Virus record (IMG/VR): IMGVR_UViG_3300042346_000589
Location: 1 to 56,072 of that record
DNA: 56,072 nucleotides
Source of the DNA: a virus
Taxonomy: Duplodnaviria > Caudoviricetes
Direction: 5' to 3' (one strand)
Part shown: positions 46,578 through 56,072 of the stretch, one piece after another
Layout of the letters: each line of letters begins with the position of its first letter
Position numbering within the stretch: the stretch's first letter is position 1
Notes under the pieces: model-generated
The model's database searches: none
Seen by the model: only the letters and a program-made list of their open reading frames with translations
What the model was told of the DNA's origin: nothing
Position numbers and translations under genes: made by a program

Positions 46578-49500
46578 ATGCCACAATTAACACCTCTTTT
46601 TGCCAGTAGTTTGCTGGCAGCAAATATTACAAAATCTACCACATCCATACAATTACAAAGTGGTGATGGGGTATTTTTTCCGAATGCTTCGCCAGCAAAT
46701 TATGCTTTAGCCACATTATATAAAATATCTGGCAACAAAGAAATAGACCATGAAATTATAAAAATTGTTGGAAAAAGTGGTGATACTTTAACGGTTAGAC
46801 GACACCAAAATGGCACCATTGCCAGAAGTTATGTTATAGGCGATGTTGTTGAATTAATGGTAACAAAGGGGGCAATTCCTGGTGGCAGTGCCACCCCAAC
46901 ACAGTTCAAATCATTTGCATTTATTCGGTCAAGTAGTGTACCAGCAACTCCAACTGGTGGATCATATAGTTCCCCAAATCCAACAACTATTGGTTGGGGT
47001 GATGGCATTCCTGTCGGTTCCGACCCAATATATGCATCAACAAGAATTTTTACCAGTGATGGGCTGGCTCCCCAGCAAGGAAGTTGGTCAACTCCAACAC
47101 TATTTGCACAAAATGGAAACAATGGGACAAACGGAAACAATGGAGTAGATGGTGCTACGGGAAATGGATCATTAGTTAGATATATATTTAGTTCTAATAC
47201 AGTTGCACCAATTTTACCAGCAAATTCTGTAACAACAGGTTGGGATACTACTCCAAGTTCCACAACAATTTGGATGAGTCAACAAATTAATATAACAAAT
47301 TCATTGGGAGTTGTTATAACGTATGGAACATGGCAGCAACCTATAAAAATAAAAGGAGAAAATGGCAACCCTGGTGACCCTGGAACCCCTGGTGACCCTG
47401 GAACCCCTGGCACAAAAAGTATAACAATAACAGCATTTAAATGGTCAAATTCTGGTACAGGAACATATAGCCAAGCATTTGTATATACATGGTCAACAGG
47501 CAATGTATCCGCATATCCAAGTGGGTGGGGTTCATCGGCTCCAGCTAGTCCAGGAACTGGATATACATTGTATATGTTATCTATAACTTTGACCGATTCG
47601 GGGACAGCAACAACTACATCAGGAAATTGGGTATCTGGTACAATTGGTCATATTGGATACAGATTGGATGGTTCTATTGGACCAGTTGGGCAAGCACAGG
47701 TAAAATCTTTGGTATTTTTGCGATCAGCAACTATGCCATCGGCTCCATCTGCTGCATCAGGTAGTTTTGCATCACCTGTTCCTGCAGGATGGAATGATGG
47801 CATTCCTGCTGGAACCAATCCTATATACGTTTCTTCGCGAATTTTTACCAGTGATGGGCTGGCTCCCCAGCAAGGAACTTGGTCAACTCCAACACTGTTT
47901 GCACAAAATGGTGTAAATGGTACAGATGCTAAAGGTGGGTCTGTTAGATATATTTTTAGTAATTCTGCAATTTCTCCAACATTGCCAGCAAATAATTCCA
48001 CATTTGGGTGGGATGCCACCCCATCAACTACAACAATTTGGATGTCACAACAGGTTAACACTGTTGATCCAACGGGTGCTGTTGTTACCTATGGTAATTG
48101 GTCAACACCAATTAAAATAAAAGGCGAAAACGGTGATCCAGGCATAGATGGTCCAAGTGGTCAAGGGCAGGTAAAAGGATTTAGTTTTATTCGTGCAACA
48201 AGTGTACCAGCAACACCAACTGGTGGATCATATGGCTCCCCAAATCCAACAACTATTGGTTGGAGTGATGGAGTCCCATCTGGTACAAATCCATTATATG
48301 TTTCAACAAGAATTTTTACTAGTGATGGGCTGGCTCCCCAGCAAGGAACTTGGTCAACACCTGTAATATTTGCGCAAAATGGATTAAATGGCACAGATGC
48401 CAATGGTGGATCAGTTAGGTATATATTTAGTTCCAATGTATCTGCGCCAGCAACACCAAGTTCAAATTCTACCACAGGATGGGATATTTCCCCATCTGAA
48501 AATACAATATGGATGAGTCAACAGGTAAATGTTGTTAATCCTTCCGGTACAGTAACATCATATGGAACATGGTCAACACCAATTAGAATAAAGGGTGAAA
48601 CTGGGCAAACTGGACAAGGACAGGTAAAGGGTTTTGGATTCATTCGTGCAACAAGTATACCAGCAACACCAACTGGTGGATCATATGGCTCCCCAAATCC
48701 AACAACTATTGGTTGGAGTGATGGAATCCCAACTGGAACAAATCCCCTATACGCTTCAACAAGAATTTTTACCAGTGATGGGCTGGCTCCCCAGCAAGGA
48801 GTTTGGTCAACACCTGTAATATTTGCGCAAAATGGTGTTGATGCTAGTGGTGGATCAGTTAGGTACATATTTAGTTCCAATGTATCATCACCAGCTACAC
48901 CATCCCCAAGTTCTACTACAGGATGGGACATTGCTCCATCTGCTGGCACAATATGGATGTCACAACAGGTAAATGTTGTTAATCCATCTGGAACAGTAAC
49001 ATCATATGGAACATGGTCAACACCAATTAAAATTAAGGGAGAAACTGGTCCAAATGGTCAAACTGGTACATCCTATAGGATAGCATATATTGTAACAAAT
49101 AGTGGCACATCTCCTGGGGCAGTTACTCCAGGGACTGGAGATGTTCCCCCAACATCTGCCGAAGGTGCGTGGTCATTTAGTGCCACATCAAATTTATCTG
49201 CTGGTCAATATATGTATCAAGTGGATGGATTGTATACAGTTGGTGGAAATATTGTTTGGGGAAATCCATATTTAAGCAATTTAAAAGTTGGAAGTCTTTC
49301 TGCAATTTCTGCCAATTTGGGTACAGTTGGTATATCTACTATAGGAAGTTTGTCCTCAACTGGAAAAACATATGGCAACTCCGTTGCAGGGTTTTTTCTA
49401 GGGTATGACTCAAGTGCCTACAAATTTGATGTTGGAAGTGCCACAAATTATTTGAGATTTGATGGTAGCTCATTGGTTGCAACTGGAATAACAATATTGG

Positions 49501-52475
49501 ATTCTGGTGGCAACACTGTGTTGACATCTGGTGGTAATATGGATTTCAGTCGCATTACTGGCTCAACTAAACCTGCCAACAATGCTACAGTTGGTGCTAC
49601 TTTTGGTGTTAATATTAATGGCCAAATCACACCAACCAATGCTGGTATATATATTCAAAATGGTGCTATTGATAATGCATTAATTGGCGAGGTAATTCAA
49701 TCCAACTCGTATAATGGTGCAAATGCTGGTTGGAAAATAGATAAGACAGGCAATATTGTTACTTATGGAAGTTTTGAAGTAAGGGATTCAACTGGAGCAT
49801 TAGTATTATCGACTGGCGGTAATATGGATTTCAGTCGTATTAACGGAGCAACTAAACCAGAGAATAATGCTACGGTTGGGGCACCAGAGGGAACTTTAGT
49901 AGCTGGGGTATCTGCTTCCACTATTGTAACAAACTCATCAAATGGCAATACTGCTTACACTGGAACTACAAAATATCGCTCATCTGGTGCTCCAACAAAT
50001 GCACCAACCCCGACAACAATAAGCGTCACAAACAACTCAAACGCCACATGCAACATTACGCTGGGCTGGGGTGCGTATACACAAGGGACTCTGCAGGCTG
50101 ATTTACTGATGCTGTTTTGGTCAAATGGTGGGTCACAACCAACCATTTCTGATTCAAGCATCGCATTTAATGTAAATACAACACTGCCGTCTTACTATGT
50201 TTTTGAGGGCGTTAGCCCATCAGACACATACTCTTTTGGAATAGCTGCCGCGAGAAGAACGGAAAATGGGATTGAAATAGGTTCGGTCATTTCGCCATCA
50301 ACATCGCCAGATTGGATTGGTGTCACTGGCGGAACCCCAAACTTTACAGCCAACATAAATGGTGTCGTCGCATCAATAGTAACAACGGCAGTTGAAAACT
50401 TTAATTCAGGTAATGATAGAAATGCATCGGCAGTTGTAGTCCCAACAATATCTTCGGATGGGATGACCATAGACCACACGCTTCAAAGCAATGGTTCTGC
50501 TGATATTTCGTTTGAATGGTCATGGGGAGGGGCTGATGGCGACATAGACGGCTTTGTTGTTTATGTTTACCAATCAAATTCGCCATCGCCTTATACATTT
50601 GGAACATCTCTGTCCGCCGAAACTGCCTATGTCATTCCTGCAAACAAACGAGCATTTATTTTGTTTGGGGTTGCTGCGGATGTCTATTATACATTCGGCG
50701 TAAAGGCGTACAGGTCTGTAGACAAGGATATAAATTCATCAGGTGTTATTTCTAGCGCAATTGTAAAACCGTCATTGACTGAAGAGAATCCATACAGACC
50801 AAGTGCGTCAATTGCGTTCGCCGGAAACATTACTGGGACAGTAAATGGCATACCAGTAGGAAATATCAATGTATGGGAACAAATATCTGGAAGTGGCAAG
50901 CCTGCCAACAACGCAACAGTTGGTGCTACTTTTGATGTTAATATTAATGGTCAAATCACACCAACAAATTCTGGTACTTACATTCAAAATGGTGCTATTA
51001 CTAATTTGCTTATTGGCAATGTAATTCAATCCAACTCGTATAATGGTGTAAATGCTGGTTGGAAAATTGATAAAACAGGCAATATTGAAACATTCGGCTC
51101 ATTAAATGTAAAGGATACAAGTGGCAATATCATTCTTTCTACTGGTGCTAATGCCGGTGTCGAATGGGCACGTGTCAATAATAAAGGTGGTGCCGCAGGA
51201 AACATGTTGAAAAACTCAACTTGGAACCAGTCGTTTGAGCATTGGGATAGCATAACAGGATGGCAGCTAAATCATCCTGATTGGAATATCAGACAAGGTG
51301 GGGCAAATGTAGAAACTGCTTGGATTTCTCAAGGAGCGCCTGACGGAATAACTAAAATATTGACATATGCCGGTATCCCAGTTATTCCAGGTAAAGCATA
51401 CGAATTCAGTGCTTATTTTGGTGCTCATAGATGCACAACTTATGTGGCTATGAACTTTTATGATGTAAATGGAGCATATATAAGTAATGGTGATTGGATA
51501 ACATATTATGACCATATAAATGCAAACGCTATGTATGGAGGAACTGCTTTATCCAATTACAAACGTTGTTATTATTTTGCTAAAGCACCTGCTAATGCAA
51601 CAAGGTGTTTTGCAGTAATTGCAAAGGACCCAACCAATGCAGGCCAAACAAGCAGTTATTGCTTCGTCACGTTGCCCTTTTTTGGAGCAATGCAAACAGG
51701 TCAAACTATTCCTTCTGATTGGAACGATGGCGGTGGTTCAACAAAGAAAATCACAAGTACTAGTGTTGGTACATATATCGAAAGTGCAGCAATTGGGTCT
51801 GCATATATTTCTGATTTATCAGCAGATAAAATCACTTCAGGCACATTATCTGCTAGTACTAATTTTCAAGTTGGAACTGCAGTAAGAAGTGGAACAACAA
51901 TGGGGTCAGGTTCCGGTGCAGTTATTAACGGAAATGGTACATTCAGTTTAGGCAATTCAAGTAAAAATATTACATTTGACGGTTCTGCATTCTATATGAA
52001 TGGTCCAGTAATAAGTACAGGAAATATAAATTCTGGTTCAGTTGGGTTAGTAGATTCTATTAAATCTACTGAACCATATACATACACTATAACATCGTCT
52101 ACTAACGGTACGGAGGCATCATTAACAATACCAACCATAACATTGCCTTTGACTGTGGTGGATGTCGCAATAAAAAGGACGGTAATATTTTGCTTTTCGA
52201 TGTATATAACAGATACTTCACCAGGACGAATGGAAGTTAGAATACGCACATCAGATAGCGCATGGAGTTATACCTACAGTATATCTCCAGATAGAACATT
52301 TGCATATAATAGTTGGACTGCAGCTTTGCCGTTACAAACAACAGCAAATCAGATTACATCTGCAATAGTTGAAATTAGATTATGGAACATGTCATCGACA
52401 GCGGGGCAATGGAATTCTAGTGCGCCACCAGTAATAACAGAATGGACTATAACCAGCATAGCGAGTAAAAGATAG
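46578..52475 (+). CDS. long tail fibre / receptor-binding protein with internal repeats
   Basis: 1965 aa, Gly/Ser/Thr-rich; collagen-like GxY linkers; LKVGSLSAISANLG; I..A.IG.A.I..LSADKIT.G; CBM-like C-terminal region. Confidence 0.85.
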   Translation: MPQLTPLFASSLLAANITKSTTSIQLQSGDGVFFPNASPANYALATLYKISGNKEIDHEIIKIVGKSGDTLTVRRHQNGTIARSYVIGDVVELMVTKGAIPGGSATPTQFKSFAFIRSSSVPATPTGGSYSSPNPTTIGWGDGIPVGSDPIYASTRIFTSDGLAPQQGSWSTPTLFAQNGNNGTNGNNGVDGATGNGSLVRYIFSSNTVAPILPANSVTTGWDTTPSSTTIWMSQQINITNSLGVVITYGTWQQPIKIKGENGNPGDPGTPGDPGTPGTKSITITAFKWSNSGTGTYSQAFVYTWSTGNVSAYPSGWGSSAPASPGTGYTLYMLSITLTDSGTATTTSGNWVSGTIGHIGYRLDGSIGPVGQAQVKSLVFLRSATMPSAPSAASGSFASPVPAGWNDGIPAGTNPIYVSSRIFTSDGLAPQQGTWSTPTLFAQNGVNGTDAKGGSVRYIFSNSAISPTLPANNSTFGWDATPSTTTIWMSQQVNTVDPTGAVVTYGNWSTPIKIKGENGDPGIDGPSGQGQVKGFSFIRATSVPATPTGGSYGSPNPTTIGWSDGVPSGTNPLYVSTRIFTSDGLAPQQGTWSTPVIFAQNGLNGTDANGGSVRYIFSSNVSAPATPSSNSTTGWDISPSENTIWMSQQVNVVNPSGTVTSYGTWSTPIRIKGETGQTGQGQVKGFGFIRATSIPATPTGGSYGSPNPTTIGWSDGIPTGTNPLYASTRIFTSDGLAPQQGVWSTPVIFAQNGVDASGGSVRYIFSSNVSSPATPSPSSTTGWDIAPSAGTIWMSQQVNVVNPSGTVTSYGTWSTPIKIKGETGPNGQTGTSYRIAYIVTNSGTSPGAVTPGTGDVPPTSAEGAWSFSATSNLSAGQYMYQVDGLYTVGGNIVWGNPYLSNLKVGSLSAISANLGTVGISTIGSLSSTGKTYGNSVAGFFLGYDSSAYKFDVGSATNYLRFDGSSLVATGITILDSGGNTVLTSGGNMDFSRITGSTKPANNATVGATFGVNINGQITPTNAGIYIQNGAIDNALIGEVIQSNSYNGANAGWKIDKTGNIVTYGSFEVRDSTGALVLSTGGNMDFSRINGATKPENNATVGAPEGTLVAGVSASTIVTNSSNGNTAYTGTTKYRSSGAPTNAPTPTTISVTNNSNATCNITLGWGAYTQGTLQADLLMLFWSNGGSQPTISDSSIAFNVNTTLPSYYVFEGVSPSDTYSFGIAAARRTENGIEIGSVISPSTSPDWIGVTGGTPNFTANINGVVASIVTTAVENFNSGNDRNASAVVVPTISSDGMTIDHTLQSNGSADISFEWSWGGADGDIDGFVVYVYQSNSPSPYTFGTSLSAETAYVIPANKRAFILFGVAADVYYTFGVKAYRSVDKDINSSGVISSAIVKPSLTEENPYRPSASIAFAGNITGTVNGIPVGNINVWEQISGSGKPANNATVGATFDVNINGQITPTNSGTYIQNGAITNLLIGNVIQSNSYNGVNAGWKIDKTGNIETFGSLNVKDTSGNIILSTGANAGVEWARVNNKGGAAGNMLKNSTWNQSFEHWDSITGWQLNHPDWNIRQGGANVETAWISQGAPDGITKILTYAGIPVIPGKAYEFSAYFGAHRCTTYVAMNFYDVNGAYISNGDWITYYDHINANAMYGGTALSNYKRCYYFAKAPANATRCFAVIAKDPTNAGQTSSYCFVTLPFFGAMQTGQTIPSDWNDGGGSTKKITSTSVGTYIESAAIGSAYISDLSADKITSGTLSASTNFQVGTAVRSGTTMGSGSGAVINGNGTFSLGNSSKNITFDGSAFYMNGPVISTGNINSGSVGLVDSIKSTEPYTYTITSSTNGTEASLTIPTITLPLTVVDVAIKRTVIFCFSMYITDTSPGRMEVRIRTSDSAWSYTYSISPDRTFAYNSWTAALPLQTTANQITSAIVEIRLWNMSSTAGQWNSSAPPVITEWTITSIASKR
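46900..49050 (+). repeat. four ~150-aa module repeats within the fibre gene
   Basis: GAATTTTTAC(C/T)AGTGATGGGCTGGCTCCCCAGCAAGGA at 47044, 47839, 48310, 48763. Confidence 0.9.
47369..47410 (+). repeat. 18-bp tandem repeat (2.3 copies) encoding collagen-like PGDPGT
   Basis: CCCTGGTGACCCTGGAAC x2 + CCCTGG. Confidence 0.9.
49569..51086 (+). repeat. ~190-bp direct repeats (49569-49757 and 50898-51086) flanking an inserted block
   Basis: Both encode KPANNATVGATF.VNINGQITPTN.G.YIQNGAI.N.LIG.VIQSNSYNG.NAGWKIDKTGNI. Confidence 0.85.
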
Positions 52476-53099
52476 ATGAATTATACAATATTTGACACCA
52501 ATGGTAATATAATTTGCAATTATTCAGGTGGTAGATTGGATTCTGTTATTGATGATTATGCGGCGTTTGGATACGTTGAGGGTACATATTCTGCCGACAC
52601 TCATTACTATAACGTATTAAATGATTCTATGGAAGAAAAACCACCAAGACCATCGGTACATCACACCCATAATACAACAACAAATGAATGGAATGTCTCT
52701 GCAGAAAGTTTACTATTTGCGAAAAATATAAAAAAACTTGATATAAAAAAACTAGCTACTGATATTCATTTTAATAATATTGTCTATGATAATAAGTTAT
52801 TGGATTCCGATAAAGTATCTCAAGAAAATATATCAGGAAAAATAGAGCAATTAAAATCTGAAATAGAATTTGGTGTTATTCCCGATAATCTATTCTGGAA
52901 GGATGCTAATAATATTTTGCATACGTGGGAAACCCATCAAGAATATTTGCGTTGGTTACAAGGATTGTTAATTGCTATATCAAATAGAAGAACATTATTA
53001 TATCAATTATCATGGCAAGCTAGTTCTGATATAGACTCAATGGAGTCTATTGAAGATGTTTTGAATTATGACCCTGAGCAAGTATTTCAAAATATATAA
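52476..53099 (+). CDS. tail fibre assembly chaperone-like protein (DUF4376-type)
   Basis: Abuts the fibre stop; KPPRPS..H......W, D.D..SQ.NI, W.DA.N. Confidence 0.7.
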   Translation: MNYTIFDTNGNIICNYSGGRLDSVIDDYAAFGYVEGTYSADTHYYNVLNDSMEEKPPRPSVHHTHNTTTNEWNVSAESLLFAKNIKKLDIKKLATDIHFNNIVYDNKLLDSDKVSQENISGKIEQLKSEIEFGVIPDNLFWKDANNILHTWETHQEYLRWLQGLLIAISNRRTLLYQLSWQASSDIDSMESIEDVLNYDPEQVFQNI

Positions 53100-53124
53100 A
53101 TATGAGTCCAACTTTTTATAAATA
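53095..53124 (+). promoter_or_regulatory. tandem T4-type late promoters for gp18
   Basis: TATAAATA at 53095-53102 and 53117-53124. Confidence 0.7.
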
Positions 53125-53172
53125 GTATTATCTTAAAGGTAAAAATTTTATAATAATTTTGGAGAAAATATA

Positions 53173-55281
53173 ATGAGTGGATCGTTCCTAGTATCACCAG
53201 GAGTCGCATTAAAAGAACAAGATTTAACTAATGTAATTCCAACACTCGCATCAAGCCCTGCAGCAACATGTGGAGATTTTGATTGGGGACCAGTTATGGA
53301 CCCAATTACTGTTGACACTGAAAATAATTTGGTTAGATATTTTGGTAGTCCAAGTGCGACATCTGCAAATGCATTTTTCACAGCAGCAAACTTTTTGGCA
53401 TATTCTGGTAACATTATGGTTAACAGAGCATATTCAACCTGGATGTTTAATGCAAACAATGCTGTAGCAGATTCTGTTGGTGCTGGAACAATTTCTGTAA
53501 CAATTGGTACAAAAAATGTTTCTGGTATTAGTACGGCATTTGATTCCACATTTGTTGGAAAATATTTGTTAACCCAAACTGGTACAGTTGTTGGACAAAT
53601 TTCCGAAGTAACTGATTCGACTACTGTTGTATTGGTTGCAAATGCAAAACAAACTTTTTCTGATGTTAACTTCAATGTTGGTATTAGATCACTGATTAAA
53701 AATAAATCTGATTACGAAGATGGTGGCCTAAGTTTTACCTCTTTTGGTGGGTTTGTTGCAAAATATCCTGGCGCAATTGGTTCAAGTTTATCTGTTTCTA
53801 TTGTAGATAGCGCAACTTGGTTAAAAGTTGGTGCCGGAACAATTTCTGTAACCAGTGGATCGAAAGCTGTTACTGGTGGTGGTTCCCCTGATTTTGTTAC
53901 AAATTTAGTGGTTGGCTCCTATTTGGTAGTTGCTGGTGAAGTAATCGGTCAAATATCTACTATAGATAGTGCTACAACATTGACACTTGTATCCGGTGCA
54001 ACAAAAACAGTTTCAGCCTCTGCATACTCAGTGAAATGGCAATATGCGGATTTGTTTGATTATGCCCCAGAGGAATCAACATTTGGCGCAAGTTTAAATG
54101 CAACATCTGACGAATTACATATTGTAGTTGTTGATGAAAATGGTTTGTTTAGTGGCCAAGTTGGTACAGTATTAGAAGTATATAAAGGTGTGTCAAAAGC
54201 ATCTGATGCCAAAAAACCAGATGGTACAAAAAATTATTACAAATCTGTAATCAATGATAATTCTCAATATGTGTATTGGGCAAATCATCCAACTGGCACA
54301 ACAAATTGGGGCACATCTGCTTCTGGAAAATCTTTTAATACATTATCAAAAATTAACCACGTTTCATTATCAAATGGATCAAATGGTATTGGTGTAGATA
54401 TCGGTGATATGAAATCTGCATATCAAATGTTTCAAAATGATATGTTATATGACGTTGCCCTAATCCCTGTTGGCAAAGCCAACTATGAATTGGCAAATTA
54501 TGTTATACAAAATATTGCAGAAGTTCGTAAAGATTGTGTTGTATTTGTTTCACCAGAAAATACTGTAACAGGCGATCCAATTATTGGTACAACATCTACA
54601 CAAGCAGATTTGATCAAAACTTATGCAGATTTAATTACATCCTCTTCCTATGGCATCATCGATTCTGGATACAAATATCAATACGATATTTATAATGATG
54701 TTTACAGATGGATTCCATTGAATGGTGATATCGCTGGTTTGGCTGCAAGAACAGATTCCACAAATGATCCATGGTGGTCGCCTGCTGGTTTCAATCGTGG
54801 TCAAATTAAGAATATTGTAAAATTGGCATTCAATCCTGGTCAAACTGATAGAGACACATTGTATAAAGCTCGTGTGAACCCAGTTGTACAATTTCCTGGT
54901 CAGGGTGTTGTATTATATGGAGACAAAACTGCTTTGTCAAGACCTTCTGCATTTGATCGAATCAATGTTCGCAGATTGTTTATTATCTTGGAAAAAGCTA
55001 TTGCAACTGCTGCAAAATATCAATTGTTTGAATTTAATGACCAATTTACTCGCGGAAGATTCCGCGCAATGATTGAACCATTTTTGCGTGATGTTCAGGG
55101 CAGAAGAGGTATCCAACAATATCAAATTATTTGTGATTCTAGTAATAATACTTCACAAATAATTAGTACAAATCAATTTGTTGCAGATATCAAAATTATG
55201 CCAACATATTCAATCAATTTTATTACATTGAATTTTGTTGCAACAAACAATTCTGCATCATTTACAGAAACTGGTGGCTAA
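53173..55281 (+). CDS. gp18: tail sheath protein gp18
   Basis: SPGV...E.DLT, F.WGP, FFTAANFL.Y, RKDC..F.SP, DSGYKY.YD.YND..RW.P.NGD.AGL, PW.SPAG.NRG, FDRINVRRLF. Confidence 0.97.
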   Translation: MSGSFLVSPGVALKEQDLTNVIPTLASSPAATCGDFDWGPVMDPITVDTENNLVRYFGSPSATSANAFFTAANFLAYSGNIMVNRAYSTWMFNANNAVADSVGAGTISVTIGTKNVSGISTAFDSTFVGKYLLTQTGTVVGQISEVTDSTTVVLVANAKQTFSDVNFNVGIRSLIKNKSDYEDGGLSFTSFGGFVAKYPGAIGSSLSVSIVDSATWLKVGAGTISVTSGSKAVTGGGSPDFVTNLVVGSYLVVAGEVIGQISTIDSATTLTLVSGATKTVSASAYSVKWQYADLFDYAPEESTFGASLNATSDELHIVVVDENGLFSGQVGTVLEVYKGVSKASDAKKPDGTKNYYKSVINDNSQYVYWANHPTGTTNWGTSASGKSFNTLSKINHVSLSNGSNGIGVDIGDMKSAYQMFQNDMLYDVALIPVGKANYELANYVIQNIAEVRKDCVVFVSPENTVTGDPIIGTTSTQADLIKTYADLITSSSYGIIDSGYKYQYDIYNDVYRWIPLNGDIAGLAARTDSTNDPWWSPAGFNRGQIKNIVKLAFNPGQTDRDTLYKARVNPVVQFPGQGVVLYGDKTALSRPSAFDRINVRRLFIILEKAIATAAKYQLFEFNDQFTRGRFRAMIEPFLRDVQGRRGIQQYQIICDSSNNTSQIISTNQFVADIKIMPTYSINFITLNFVATNNSASFTETGG

Positions 55282-55293
55282 TTGAACACATTT

Positions 55294-55316
55294 TGGGCAA
55301 TGGATTGCCCATTTTT
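55294..55316 (+). terminator. intrinsic terminator after gp18
   Basis: TGGGCAA-tgga-TTGCCCA followed by TTTTT; cATAAATA late motif at 55321. Confidence 0.75.
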
Positions 55317-55361
55317 GTTACATAAATAATACAATTATTATAATATTATAGGATTATACAA

Positions 55362-55961
55362 ATGGCAATAGCATCTATTTCGGCTATGAAATCATTCTTA
55401 TCTGGCGGTGGTGTCCGTGCCAATCAATTCACTGTTGAATTGAGTTTTCCGTCTACCATTTTATCAGGAAACACGGCATTTGCTCCATTACAAGCTCAAT
55501 TTTTATGTAATGCGGCAGCATTGCCTGAGTCAAGCGTTGACCCAACACCTGTAGAATATCGTGGAAGAACTATTTTTCTAGCTGGTGAAAGACGATTCAA
55601 ACCTTGGACAGTTCGTATCATTAATGATACAAATTTCAATATTAGAGATAGTTTTGAAATTTGGTCAAATTATATGAACAACAATATTAACAATACTGGT
55701 GCAGTAAATCCATCCCAATATGTTGCAGATTTGGCTGTTACACAGATGGATCGCAACAACAATGTAATCAAAACTTACAAATTTGTTGATGCATGGCCAG
55801 CAGAAGTTTCTGACATTTCTTTGGATTATGGCGACAATAATACAGTAGAAACATTTACTGTAACATTCTTGTATCAATATTGGGTATCTAATACCACAAA
55901 TAATGCAAATGGTTTGGGATTAGAATTATCTACACCAATTGGTATCTTCCCATTAATTTAA
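55362..55961 (+). CDS. gp19: tail tube protein gp19
   Basis: GG.RANQF.V, FLC.AA.LP, YRGR...AG.R.F..WT....ND..F..R..FE.W, Q.DR, WP......L, E.F.VTF.Y.YW. Confidence 0.95.
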   Translation: MAIASISAMKSFLSGGGVRANQFTVELSFPSTILSGNTAFAPLQAQFLCNAAALPESSVDPTPVEYRGRTIFLAGERRFKPWTVRIINDTNFNIRDSFEIWSNYMNNNINNTGAVNPSQYVADLAVTQMDRNNNVIKTYKFVDAWPAEVSDISLDYGDNNTVETFTVTFLYQYWVSNTTNNANGLGLELSTPIGIFPLI

Positions 55962-55979
55962 TATAATTGATACAATATT

Positions 55980-56072
55980 ATGGCATTTGATTTTTTTGGA
56001 ATAAGTTTTGGCAAAAAATCTGCACCAAATGTGGTGCAGAACTTGCCCAGTCCTGTTGCACCTGTAACAGAA
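55980..56072 (+). CDS. probable start of portal protein gp20 (runs off the window)
   Basis: MAFDFFGISFG...SPVAP; follows gp19 in T4 gene order. Confidence 0.65.
   Translation, partial: MAFDFFGISFGKKSAPNVVQNLPSPVAPVTE

Noticed and set aside
46900-51100. Fibre repeats as DGR template/variable repeats or a CRISPR array
   Set aside because: The repeats are in-frame coding modules hundreds of bp apart; no A-specific mismatch pattern noticed, and no reverse transcriptase or cas gene in the window
3057-55877. Many short antisense or out-of-frame ORFs in the track that overlap structural genes
   Set aside because: Shadow ORFs arising from codon bias of the real genes; no independent signals
1-56072. 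Stop-codon reassignment
   Set aside because: Core genes are full length in the standard code, and TAA, TAG and TGA all end genes at expected positions; the gp7 and gp17 breaks involve inserted genes, not single in-frame stops

Overview
AT-rich segment of a T4-superfamily myovirus genome, read in the standard genetic code. It holds the tail/baseplate module (gp51/gp26, 54, 2, 4, 48, 53, hub, 5, 25, 6, a split gp7, an expanded gp8, a VrlC-like giant virion protein), neck genes 13-15, and a ~13 kb mostly minus-strand accessory island. The island carries EndoII, dCMP deaminase, RNase H, a SleB-like hydrolase, a Prs-like + Nampt-like pair matching the NARP1 anti-defence layout, a tRNA(CAT), PhoH, an HNH nuclease and two unannotated structured-RNA candidates. 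Packaging genes, a repeat-rich tail fibre, gp18, gp19 and the start of gp20 follow. Most notable: (1) the large terminase is fractured at Walker A by an atypically split intein (short IntN, long IntC, Thr+1), with two free-standing endonuclease genes between the halves; (2) a ~360-nt GC-rich, helix-dense, probably pseudoknotted non-coding element sits behind a late-promoter motif, divergent from an HNH gene and running into a cluster of GCGAAGC-type mini-hairpins; (3) a T TTT TTA slippery site could fuse gp26 to gp51 by -1 frameshift; (4) a truncated terminase-ATPase paralog lacks the Walker A lysine; (5) two candidate capsid-targeted ejected proteins. Family assignments come from motif recognition and synteny only; no database searches were run.
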